From contig JACOYE010000012.1 in assembly GCA_016182045.1 (NCBI GenBank), positions 1 to 56,486 on the forward strand: 56,486 bases of DNA, in the 5' to 3' direction. The DNA is from Candidatus Microgenomates bacterium (GTDB lineage Bacteria; Patescibacteriota; Microgenomatia; Daviesbacterales; UBA10151). The notes beneath the pieces were generated by a model. The model had not been told where the DNA came from. It searched no databases and saw nothing but the letters and a program-made list of their open reading frames with translations. Below are positions 26,864 to 35,648 of this stretch, piece after piece. The position numbers and the translations under genes were made by a program. Position 1 is the first letter of the stretch. Every line of letters starts with the position of its first letter.

Positions 26864-27600
26864 TGAAAAAACTATGAGTTATTTTGTGAAAAAAATAAAT
26901 GATGCAGTATGATATATTTACCAGGCACAAATGTGGAAAACTATGGGGTCTTTCGTGCTCTGGCAATTTATGTGGCAGTAGTCTGATATGTTTGCCAAAA
27001 TAACCCGAAGCATCCTTAGAGTGGAGGTATCTATCCCTCATGGAAATTATCAGCAATTGTCATCCTAAACAGGAGATCAACTCCAGTTTTTACTGGCGAT
27101 TTCTCAAGTAACCGCAATTCCTCCCTCTTATCAGGCTTCCCTTTATTCTCTATGTCGGACAATGTATCTTATGCGATGTTAAGGAAGTGGGTTGCCTGGA
27201 GGAGACCCCGGATCTAGACCATGCGGATTATTAGCAAAAAATGATCGTATTTTAGTTTCTATTTTTGTGTATCTATTTATGTTTATTTCCCACCAAAATT
27301 TTTATTGTTCCCATACTACCAACTACTAACTACATACTACTAACTATTTAGGGCTTCCTGACAGGCTAATCTGGATGATGGTAGATAGCGCCTCTCCCCT
27401 AACAAGCCGTTTTTGGGGCCTTGCAGAGCCTCGTATTTGCAGGCTCATGTCATTATGGAATTAACTCTGTTTAATTACAATAAGCTTTAAAATCTAACTG
27501 CTTACAATTTACAATTTTTTTATTTAATTTTATATAGCATATGTTAGAGAAAACCATTTTATCTATTTTATCTATTGTCGCACAATATTTATTCCCAAGC

Positions 27601-27636
27601 TTGACAAATCTACAAGCTTTGTTCTACTGTAGATTT
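27601..27636 (+). promoter_or_regulatory. sigma70-like promoter overlapped by inverted repeat AAATCTACA..TGTAGATTT
   Basis: TTGACA-18 nt-TACTGT just before ATG 27640. Confidence 0.45.
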
Positions 27637-27639
27637 ATA

Positions 27640-27930
27640 ATGGACTTTTCTTCTTTTGATTCTGACAAATTATTTTCCAAGAAAAACCTTATCACCTATC
27701 TAATTTTGGCCATCATTATTTTAGCCATTCCCATTGGTGTCAGATTAGTACAGCAGCAAACCCAACTTAAATCATTAGCAGCTGAGTCTAAGATCGAGTT
27801 TTCCGGAGACGGTGTCACTTGTGATCCTTCTGTCCCTTCCAGTGCGATAGCTTGTACTACCACTGAATCTACCATCACCATTGAGCTGACATCACCGTTT
27901 GGATTAACAGGTGAATCTCAGACAGATTAA
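27640..27930 (+). CDS. small membrane-anchored secreted protein
   Basis: TM followed by QQQTQLKSLAA, shared with the next gene. Confidence 0.75.
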   Translation: MDFSSFDSDKLFSKKNLITYLILAIIILAIPIGVRLVQQQTQLKSLAAESKIEFSGDGVTCDPSVPSSAIACTTTESTITIELTSPFGLTGESQTD

Positions 27931-27932
27931 TT

Positions 27933-30848
27933 ATGGGAAGCTTTTTAACTTTTAAGAATATCGTAATTTTAGCAGTGGTGGGAATTCTGGCCGTGTCCAT
28001 CCCGGTTACTTTACGATTGGCCCAACAACAAACCCAGCTAAAATCCAAGGCAGCTGAACTGGAGGCCTCAGTTTGTGTTTCTTACTCTGTTGATACCGCT
28101 GGAAAACCAATTTATGCCGGACAAAGTTATCCAGCCCAAATAGTAATGGAAAATAAGGGTGCCACAACCTGGTCAAAAAGTACCGGATATAGGTTAGGCT
28201 CGCAGGATCCACCAGATAATTATACCTGGGGATTAAACAGAGTAGATTTACCCCCTACTACTACAGTTCCTCCTGGAACTGGAAGCAAACATACCTTCTC
28301 ATTTATTATAAAGGCTCCAAGTACTCCCGGACAGTATCCTTTTAGTTGGCAGATGTTGAAGGAGGGTGCATACTGGTTTGGCTCAAAATGTTCCCCTACC
28401 TTTACAGTGAGCAGTGCTTCTACCACCCCTAGTCCAAGTCCTAGTACCAGTCCTGGTACAGGTACTATTTCAGTTTCCCCCACCTCGATTACTCAAAAAA
28501 GTGATGGTTCATGGCCCGAGCTTTCAATCTCCGTATCTACCATCTCCACCGATACCTGGAAGGTATTTTACTATTATCCCGGAGTTTGCGGAAGTGGTTG
28601 TACAGTTTCAGAAGGATGGATAGATATAAGGGAAGGTAGAGGAAATTCAACCTTTAATTGGACCCCTTCAGACCCCAGTTACAAGGGACAGCACAGCATT
28701 GCACTAATGAAATGGGTAGCTGGTCAAAATCCTGTGATTTGGAATAAAGATACTGTGACTTTCACTCCTTATTCAGGAGGTGGAACAGGAGGGAAAGGCT
28801 CCAATGCTGCCGGGAGTATTGTTTCCCTTTCTCCCGAGTTTGTTAGCCGACAAGACAGTGGTGGTTGGAAACCTGTTACCATAACTTATAGTATTTCCAA
28901 TGCCGAGGGTACTGCCAAATTACTTTATCTTAATAGTGGCACTTGTGTGTTTGGTTCTACCTGTAATCCAGAGTCAGGGTGGACTTCAATTGCCAGTGGT
29001 ATAGCTGAAGGTTCAAACCAGACTTACAATTGGACGCCAAGATTAACTGAAAATGAAGTGGCCACCAATGCAAAACGGACCATTGGTCTTTTCAGCGCCG
29101 GAGCAGATAGTCCTATTAAATTAGTTGCTACCAAAGACATCTCCTTCTCTCTTTTTGATGGAGCTGAATGCCAAGCGACTCGTCAAGATACAGGGGGGCC
29201 AGTTTTTTATCAGGAAGGTACAAACACCAAAGCTTCATCTATCAGGGTAGGTACAAGATATGATGTGGAAATAAAAATGTATAACAAAGATCTGGACAAT
29301 CCTTTAGCTGCTTTAAATACCTGGTTAAGTGGACCGGTTCCTTCTACGGGGACATCGGATAAATATTTCCTTGGATTTCCCACCGCCGGTCCCCCTACTG
29401 ATTTTGGCGCCGGCCAGTTTGTGGTAAATGACGTTCCTCCGGCAGGTGAAGGTGGTGTGGAAGCGATATGGAAGATTGATTGGCCGGTTCCCACCAAATT
29501 AAGATTACCTCTATCAAAAGATGTAAAACCGGGTGATTCCAATACGTTTAGATTTAAAGTTACTCCTCAAAAAGTGGGCTTACAGACATTTTATTGGAGT
29601 ATGGTTCATGAAGGGGTGGCCTGGTTTGGTGGAGAATGTACAACTGAGAGGATTAATGTTGAACCTGCATCCGCTGGTGGAACTCCCACACCTGGGCAAA
29701 CTCCAACCTTACCTCCCGGAGAAGTTACTCCTACACCTGATGAGGTTACTCCCCCACCCGCTCCAGAAGGAACTGCCTGTTACTTGATGACCTGGGATTT
29801 GTTGGAGAAAAACAGGTGGGATGAAGATGGTTTTGAAGGTTGTGATGACTCAGAAGCCATTTCTTATGATGAAGATCCGGTAAAACTGGGCTACACCTTT
29901 GAAACCCCCGGAGTTAAAACCATCTATGTCCGCTTTTACTCCAATAGCGGAGACAACATATATATTGATGATCGAGAAAGCATCAATTTTCAGCCAAATC
30001 CTGCCCTAACCAATATTGTTTGTACCTATTCCCCCACCGGAGTGGGAACTAACATTTCCATCACCGGTACCAATTTGGGAACTCATTCTCAGCAAGGCCC
30101 GGGGGGTCTGTTTGTCAAAGGTGAAAAGACCCAAACTGTTTGGAGTGCAGACCAGGAAACCATCAGTGTCCAGGTTCCACAAAGGATTGAAGGTCAAGTA
30201 CCAATTGTCTTAAGGAATGACAACAGCGATGAGGCCAGTGGATTTTGCACAGTGGGATTATCAACCGTCTCTTTTACCACCAATATTCAGTGCAGGCCTC
30301 CGGGCAATTTCTCTGCCGCCAATGTTGATGTGAAGATCTATGAGAATCTTGAGGTTCCCCCAGGAACCGTTCCCTTGCCCGTTATTTCTCAAAAAATTAG
30401 TCTGGACAATGAGGGAGTTCCTGTTGGATTTAATCCCAAATTGGAAGCCAATAAAATTTACATCATGATCATTAAGCCTCCCCAGGGAGTGGCCAGAAGG
30501 GTGGCTTTCGCTGCTTTGCCGGGGACTACCATCCTACCATTCCCGATATTGATTCCTGTGGGAGATATTTACCCGCCCAGTTTGCCGGATGGGAAAGTTA
30601 CTTCTCAAGATTACGGATTGATGGTTAGAGAATGGGCTCTGATACGGGATGTGGACAGACCAAGTGATCTTAATATAGATAAAAGAGTCAATTCTGTTGA
30701 TTATGCATGCTTAAGGTTAAATTTCAATCCTCCCAATAACGAGGATGAACGCTACAAGCCTGTGACAATAGAAGAGTCACCCACGCCCGAACCTGATCAG
30801 TCACCAACTCCTGAACCGACTGCCACGCCATCACCTGGTGGAGGATAA
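27933..30848 (+). CDS. large surface protein: NBR1-type Ig-like domains, PT linkers, IPT-like domain, C-terminal dockerin-like domain
   Basis: MENKGATTW..YRLG..WQM..EG..WFG pattern twice; ISITGTNLG; GDI..DGKVTSQDY..SDLNIDKRVNSVDY. Confidence 0.75.
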   Translation: MGSFLTFKNIVILAVVGILAVSIPVTLRLAQQQTQLKSKAAELEASVCVSYSVDTAGKPIYAGQSYPAQIVMENKGATTWSKSTGYRLGSQDPPDNYTWGLNRVDLPPTTTVPPGTGSKHTFSFIIKAPSTPGQYPFSWQMLKEGAYWFGSKCSPTFTVSSASTTPSPSPSTSPGTGTISVSPTSITQKSDGSWPELSISVSTISTDTWKVFYYYPGVCGSGCTVSEGWIDIREGRGNSTFNWTPSDPSYKGQHSIALMKWVAGQNPVIWNKDTVTFTPYSGGGTGGKGSNAAGSIVSLSPEFVSRQDSGGWKPVTITYSISNAEGTAKLLYLNSGTCVFGSTCNPESGWTSIASGIAEGSNQTYNWTPRLTENEVATNAKRTIGLFSAGADSPIKLVATKDISFSLFDGAECQATRQDTGGPVFYQEGTNTKASSIRVGTRYDVEIKMYNKDLDNPLAALNTWLSGPVPSTGTSDKYFLGFPTAGPPTDFGAGQFVVNDVPPAGEGGVEAIWKIDWPVPTKLRLPLSKDVKPGDSNTFRFKVTPQKVGLQTFYWSMVHEGVAWFGGECTTERINVEPASAGGTPTPGQTPTLPPGEVTPTPDEVTPPPAPEGTACYLMTWDLLEKNRWDEDGFEGCDDSEAISYDEDPVKLGYTFETPGVKTIYVRFYSNSGDNIYIDDRESINFQPNPALTNIVCTYSPTGVGTNISITGTNLGTHSQQGPGGLFVKGEKTQTVWSADQETISVQVPQRIEGQVPIVLRNDNSDEASGFCTVGLSTVSFTTNIQCRPPGNFSAANVDVKIYENLEVPPGTVPLPVISQKISLDNEGVPVGFNPKLEANKIYIMIIKPPQGVARRVAFAALPGTTILPFPILIPVGDIYPPSLPDGKVTSQDYGLMVREWALIRDVDRPSDLNIDKRVNSVDYACLRLNFNPPNNEDERYKPVTIEESPTPEPDQSPTPEPTATPSPGGG

Positions 30849-30892
30849 CGGAGGATTGCATAAACAGTAAAAATGTCTTAGGCTAAAAGTAT

Positions 30893-31498
30893 ATGGACAA
30901 ACAAAATATAAAGAATTTGTTAACCAGAAGGAATCTGTTTATTTTGTTGGGAGCGGTGATTTTGATAGAGGTAATTTGGGCCGGATGGACCTTAAGCAAG
31001 TCTTCTTCTACTCAGCCTGCTGCTACCACTGCTCCTCAGACTGCCAAAAAAAGTTTAACCGCCATTTCCCTCAAAGCTGACAAAACTTCCCTTAAAGTGG
31101 GTGATCAGGTCAGTGTATCGGTTAATCTCTCATCCGATAAGTTGACGGTTGGCACTGATGTTTATATCAGTTTCGATCCCAAGCTATTATCGGTTGAGAC
31201 AACGGCAGCGGACAAAGCTCCCCTTATTGTTGGCAATATCTACCCTTCATACCCGTTAAATACTCTGGATCTTGCCGGTGGCAAAATTGCCGCCTCAGGG
31301 ATTACTCAAGATCCCGGTGGAGTTTTGGCAAATGGCTTGTTTGGAAGTGTAGTTTTTAAAGCCAAAGCTGCCGGTCAGACAAAGATCACCATAGATTTCA
31401 CTCCTTCTTCCACCACTGATTCTAATGTAACTGAGCTGAGTACTGCTCAGGATGTGTTGGATAAGGTGGAAAATTTAGAGCTTAACATACTGCCATGA
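30893..31498 (+). CDS. membrane-anchored cohesin-domain protein
   Basis: VGDQVSVSV.L, GTDV.ISFDPKLL, GSVVFKAKAAG.T.I..DF. Confidence 0.75.
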   Translation: MDKQNIKNLLTRRNLFILLGAVILIEVIWAGWTLSKSSSTQPAATTAPQTAKKSLTAISLKADKTSLKVGDQVSVSVNLSSDKLTVGTDVYISFDPKLLSVETTAADKAPLIVGNIYPSYPLNTLDLAGGKIAASGITQDPGGVLANGLFGSVVFKAKAAGQTKITIDFTPSSTTDSNVTELSTAQDVLDKVENLELNILP

Positions 31499-32214
31499 AG
31501 ACCATAATTATTATAACTTTTATAACAGTTATAACTGTTATATTAACTCCTGCTGCCTATGCCCAGCAGGCCACTTTATCCCTCTCGCCTTCCTCCGGAA
31601 CTTTTAACAGGGGTTGTGATTTTTCTCTTAATATAGATTTAAATACAGGAGGGGCTGATACGGATGGAACAGATGCCATCTTAATTTATGACCCCTCAAG
31701 ATTTACTGCCACCTCTATTCAATCCGGCACCATTTATCCTGATTATCCCGGTAATAATATAGATGAGGCATCTGGTAAAATTACAGTGTCGGGGCTGGCT
31801 TCTGTTTCTCAAGCCTTTAGCGGCCAGGGAACTTTGGCCACCATCAATTTTACGGTTAGAGATCAGGCTTCCACAGGCACCACTCAGGTAAAGTTTGATT
31901 TTGATCCTTCCGACAAAGCCAAAACCACTGATTCCAATGTGGTACAAAGAGGCACTGTGGCCGATATCTTAAACTCGGTGGTGGATGGAAATTATACTGT
32001 GGGAAGCGGTACCTGTGCCGTTGGTACTGGTACAGGGACCGGTACAACAGGAGTGGGACAAGGAGCTACAGGAGTGGGTGTTGCCACCCCCTCCGGTGCG
32101 CCGATATATTATAAAACCTTACCTGAGGGGGGTACTCCTGAGCTAACTGCCACCTTTATTATTGTAGGTTCTGTGTTGACCATTTTGGGAATTTTGGGAC
32201 TGGTACTACTTTAA
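31495..32214 (+). CDS. cohesin-domain protein with signal peptide and LPXTG-like C-terminal anchor
   Basis: LSLSPSSG, GTDAIL.YDP, G.LATI.F.V; LPEGG followed by a hydrophobic tail. Confidence 0.75.
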   Translation: MKTIIIITFITVITVILTPAAYAQQATLSLSPSSGTFNRGCDFSLNIDLNTGGADTDGTDAILIYDPSRFTATSIQSGTIYPDYPGNNIDEASGKITVSGLASVSQAFSGQGTLATINFTVRDQASTGTTQVKFDFDPSDKAKTTDSNVVQRGTVADILNSVVDGNYTVGSGTCAVGTGTGTGTTGVGQGATGVGVATPSGAPIYYKTLPEGGTPELTATFIIVGSVLTILGILGLVLL

Positions 32215-33131
32215 TGACTCTCTCTGCCTTAATTACCGATTTTTTGGAATATCTTGAGCTTGAACGTAATGCTTCCCAGCTGACCATTAAAAACTATGAC
32301 CATTATTTGAGACGCTTTCAAGATTTCACAGGTGAAATTGATCCCAAAAATATAGATTTGAATCTAATCAGAAAATATAGGCTTTATCTTTCCAGATGGT
32401 CTGATCCCAAAACTAAAAAGGGGTTAAAAAGGGTCACCCAGAATTATTTTATGATTGCCTTGCGGGCCTTTTTAAGATATTTGGCCAGGATTGATATTGC
32501 CACTCTCTCCCCTGAAAAAGTGGAACTGGGAGAAACAGAGGCAAGACCTCTTAAAGTGTTAGATGAGGCACATCTTAAACAACTTCTGGATGCCCCGGAC
32601 ACCTCCAAAAAATATGGTATCCGTGATCGGGCCATCTTGGAAACTTTATTTTCTACAGGTTTGAGAGTGTCGGAGCTGGCGTCTTTAAATCAAGATACCA
32701 TTAATTTAGGCAGGCGGGAATTTGGTATTGTGGGTAAAGGAGGAAAAGAAAGGGTGGTGTTTATATCTGATTCAGCAGCTGATTGGCTGGAAAAATATCT
32801 GACTGCAAGGAAAGATACTTTCAAACCGCTTTTCATCAGATTTCAAGGTAAAGTTGATCAGACTAACAATGGTGAGTCAATGAGACTGACTCCCCGTTCC
32901 ATTGAAAGGATTGTGGAAAAATATGTCAAGATGTTAGGATTGTCTGTTAAAGCCACACCCCACACCTTACGTCATTCATTTGCCACGGATTTACTGATAA
33001 ATGGAGCCGACATCCGTAGTGTGCAGGAAATGCTGGGCCATAGTAATATTTCTACCACCCAAATCTATACCCACGTCACCAATCAACATCTTAAAGACGT
33101 CCACAAAGCCTTTCATTCAGGCAACAAATAA
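32214..33131 (+). CDS. XerC/XerD-like tyrosine recombinase
   Basis: SAM-like N-domain, RD.AILETLFSTGLRVSE, GKGGKER, HTLRHSFAT, LGH..ISTTQIYT. Confidence 0.95.
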   Translation: MTLSALITDFLEYLELERNASQLTIKNYDHYLRRFQDFTGEIDPKNIDLNLIRKYRLYLSRWSDPKTKKGLKRVTQNYFMIALRAFLRYLARIDIATLSPEKVELGETEARPLKVLDEAHLKQLLDAPDTSKKYGIRDRAILETLFSTGLRVSELASLNQDTINLGRREFGIVGKGGKERVVFISDSAADWLEKYLTARKDTFKPLFIRFQGKVDQTNNGESMRLTPRSIERIVEKYVKMLGLSVKATPHTLRHSFATDLLINGADIRSVQEMLGHSNISTTQIYTHVTNQHLKDVHKAFHSGNK

Positions 33132-33271
33132 ATCCCAAACGTACTAGATCGGCTTAAACTCCCTAGACGATGAGTCAAGTTTACTTACAACTTACTTAAG
33201 CAAAGTATGAATTATATCTTCGGTACGATAGTCTAGTCTACATTTTACTGCTCAAAAGAAAACTCTGCTTA

Positions 33272-33745
33272 TTAGACCGAAGCCTTTTTGATACTCTCTA
33301 TCTTTTTCTTTTTAATCATCTTTTTAGCAACTTGGGCTAAACCAAGATCCACTAAATCAGAAGCCATTCTACCCATGCCTGGAGGTTGGTCAAATACTCC
33401 CCTCCTCCCTTACAGCTTTTTCTGAATATTCTGATCAATTTTTTCTAATTTCTGCAAGATTTTTATCAATCCATCTTCACCAAATTGCAGCTTATTATTA
33501 ACTGCAGAAATGGTCTGGTCTGTGACTCTGACATAATTTCGGATATCTTGATATTTATAACCTTTTGCCAGCATGTCAGCAATCTGCAATCTTTTGGCAA
33601 ACATTCTAACTTCAGTAGGCGTTAATAAATCTTTCAAGAAGGAGATTGCCTCATCCCTTTCCTCTATTAGGGTAATGGAATTCCAGAATCTGTGGATAAA
33701 TTGACTTAATCTTTTTGGATCTGAATAAATAGAGACTTTAGTCAT
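33272..33745 (-). pseudogene. TrpR-like (YerC/YecD) repressor with probable premature stop at 33410-33412
   Basis: FLKDLLTPTE..M.AKRL.IA.ML..G..Y..I...V.V...TI..V; the frame stays open 45 codons past the TAA. Confidence 0.7.
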
Positions 33746-33747
33746 AA

Positions 33748-33775
33748 TACTATGATACACTAGTGTATCATAGTA
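33748..33775. promoter_or_regulatory. perfect 28-bp palindrome, probable auto-operator of the TrpR-like gene
   Basis: TACTATGATACACT|AGTGTATCATAGTA, 2 nt upstream of ATG 33745. Confidence 0.7.
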
Positions 33776-33871
33776 AACAAGATGCTGTCCAATTCTATAT
33801 ATTCTAAATACTTTTAGCTCATCATCGTCTAATGCTTAGTTAAGTCTGGACTTGGACTGTCAAATGGATGG

Positions 33872-34231
33872 TTATTTTAGCTTGAGTTTGGTAAGATCAC
33901 CAAGTAACATGGATAAGGCGGTTGCCACTACAGATAATACCACTGCTGCCAAAATTGCCGGTACAAACCCTGCAATCTGAACACCTGGTACAAAATAAGA
34001 CACAATATAAAGCATTGAGGCATTGATGACAAAAGCAAAAAGCCCCAAAGTAACAATAGTCAAGGGAGCTGTGATAAAGGTCAATACCGGCCTGATAAAG
34101 GTGTTGACAACCCCTAAAACTATGGCAGCCAAAAGTGCTGTTGTAAAATCAGACACATCAAACCCCGGAACTATATAATCAGTTACCAAAAGTGCCGCAG
34201 CATTTAAAACCAAAGCTACAATAATTTGCAC
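33872..34231 (-). CDS. 4-TM phage-holin superfamily IV (YvlD-like) membrane protein
   Basis: LGVVNTFIRPVL..ITAPL..VTLGLF.FVINA.ML. Confidence 0.88.
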   Translation of the reverse strand: MQIIVALVLNAAALLVTDYIVPGFDVSDFTTALLAAIVLGVVNTFIRPVLTFITAPLTIVTLGLFAFVINASMLYIVSYFVPGVQIAGFVPAILAAVVLSVVATALSMLLGDLTKLKLK

Positions 34232-34348
34232 TAGTATATTTCACCTCCCTATTTCAGTTTATAGCTATAACTTTATAGTGAATTAAAAATCAAAAGTTGT
34301 CAAGTCAGGTTGACAGCTGCATGGTGTTGTAGTAAATAGAAAAGCACC

Positions 34349-35155
34349 ATGGCCAAAATTGATTTGCAAATTCCTTCTTTGGGGGATAAATTTATAGATT
34401 TAAGAGATAGTTTGTCGGGTGATGCTTATAAATGGAGCTTTGAGAGAGACCTTTCCTCAGTTAACTTGCTGGTTATACATCATTCAGGATCAGACGGACA
34501 AAATCCAAAAGATATAGCAGATTATCATATCAATACCAATAACTGGGGTGGAATTGGTTATCATTTTTTAGTCTCCAGCGATGGTTTGGTTTATTATGTG
34601 GGAGATATTTCAACTGCAAGGGCAAGCGTTTCAGGGTTAGATGAGCAGATTATAGGAATTGCTTTAATGGGCAATTTTGTCTCAGACAAGCAACCTAACG
34701 CAGAACAAATTGAGGCTACCAAAAAGCTTTGTGACTTTTTGATAAGCTATCCTGATCTTTCTAATATCAAATCATGGGAGTTTGTGGTAGGACACAAAGA
34801 TTTGCCTAATCAAAATACCAATTGTCCGGGCGATAATTGGGATGTTTGGAAAGGTAAATTGTATGGCGAAGGTGGAAATACTCAAGACACCATAAACTAT
34901 CAAAAAGATCAGATAGAAAATTTACAAGCAAGTTTGGCTTCAGTGACTGGTCAACTTTTAAATATGCAAGAAACTTTGGGGGAAAAAGAGATGCGGATCA
35001 ATCAATTAACAAACAAGCTGAACAACAAATCCGTGCAGAATGAGACAGTGAAAAGACAGGATTATACCTTGACTTTACTTCAAGCTTTATATAACCTATA
35101 TAAATTCATCTTTCTGCCCAGAAGGGGTAGCACCGATTCAATCGGTGTAGAATGA
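34349..35155 (+). CDS. N-acetylmuramoyl-L-alanine amidase (Amidase_2/PGRP) with C-terminal coiled coil
   Basis: VIHHS, WGGIGYHF, IGI.L.GNF, GHKD...T.CPG. Confidence 0.88.
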   Translation: MAKIDLQIPSLGDKFIDLRDSLSGDAYKWSFERDLSSVNLLVIHHSGSDGQNPKDIADYHINTNNWGGIGYHFLVSSDGLVYYVGDISTARASVSGLDEQIIGIALMGNFVSDKQPNAEQIEATKKLCDFLISYPDLSNIKSWEFVVGHKDLPNQNTNCPGDNWDVWKGKLYGEGGNTQDTINYQKDQIENLQASLASVTGQLLNMQETLGEKEMRINQLTNKLNNKSVQNETVKRQDYTLTLLQALYNLYKFIFLPRRGSTDSIGVE

Positions 35156-35427
35156 AATTTTTGGTGGTGTTTATTTTTACCACTCTAAATGAGGCCATAA
35201 TCGAGTATTTGGTGGGAAATATTTTAAGCTTAAGACCCTACATTCCCTTATTGTCTTTGGCCACGGCCATAATATTAACTTTTGCCTATCAGTTCAGTTT
35301 ATTTAACATACTTTTGGGAAGAGATATCACCAGTCCCTTTTTTGAGTTTCTTTTATCGGCTTTTATTATTGCCCGTTTATCTAATTATCTTAATGACTTT
35401 GTGCAGAAATTTTTGGGAAGTAAGTGA
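35152..35427 (+). CDS. small 3-TM membrane protein (holin-like)
   Basis: Overlaps the amidase stop by 4 nt; three hydrophobic segments. Confidence 0.65.
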   Translation: MKFLVVFIFTTLNEAIIEYLVGNILSLRPYIPLLSLATAIILTFAYQFSLFNILLGRDITSPFFEFLLSAFIIARLSNYLNDFVQKFLGSK

Positions 35428-35435
35428 TGCCGGAT

Positions 35436-35645
35436 CTATATTGGTTTTCCGGCCAGACCGTAGGCTAGAAGGTCTCTGATGAAACCTATTGCCTGATATG
35501 GCCAGGTCAAAAGGACACTATAAAAATTGGGTGACAGGAAGGATAAGGGTGGCCATCTGTAGTAGATGGCAAAAAGGATGGCAAAGATAAAACCTGTCAT
35601 AAAATAGATAATGGTTATGGTAGATAAAAGTCTCTCCTTAGACAT
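35436..35645 (-). CDS. small membrane protein
   Basis: 69 aa, hydrophobic, 3 nt after the gyrA stop. Confidence 0.65.
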   Translation of the reverse strand: MSKERLLSTITIIYFMTGFIFAILFAIYYRWPPLSFLSPNFYSVLLTWPYQAIGFIRDLLAYGLAGKPI

Positions 35646-35648
35646 CGC

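Noticed and set aside
26757-27600. Replication origin in the long intergenic gap
   Set aside because: Only one DnaA-box-like 9-mer noticed (TGTGGAAAA, 26932-26940) and no dnaA/dnaN nearby.
27622-27634. TTCTACTGTAGAT resembles the 3' end of a Cas12a direct repeat
   Set aside because: Single copy, no spacers or cas genes; explained by a promoter-overlapping inverted repeat.
27933-30848. Diversity-generating retroelement target or DNA repeat element in the large surface protein
   Set aside because: No reverse transcriptase or TR/VR pair seen; the repeats are ordinary Pro/Thr linkers.
32214-35427. Prophage (integrase, repressor, holin, endolysin)
   Set aside because: No structural, terminase or replication genes; the recombinase looks like chromosomal XerC/D and is coupled to the upstream operon.
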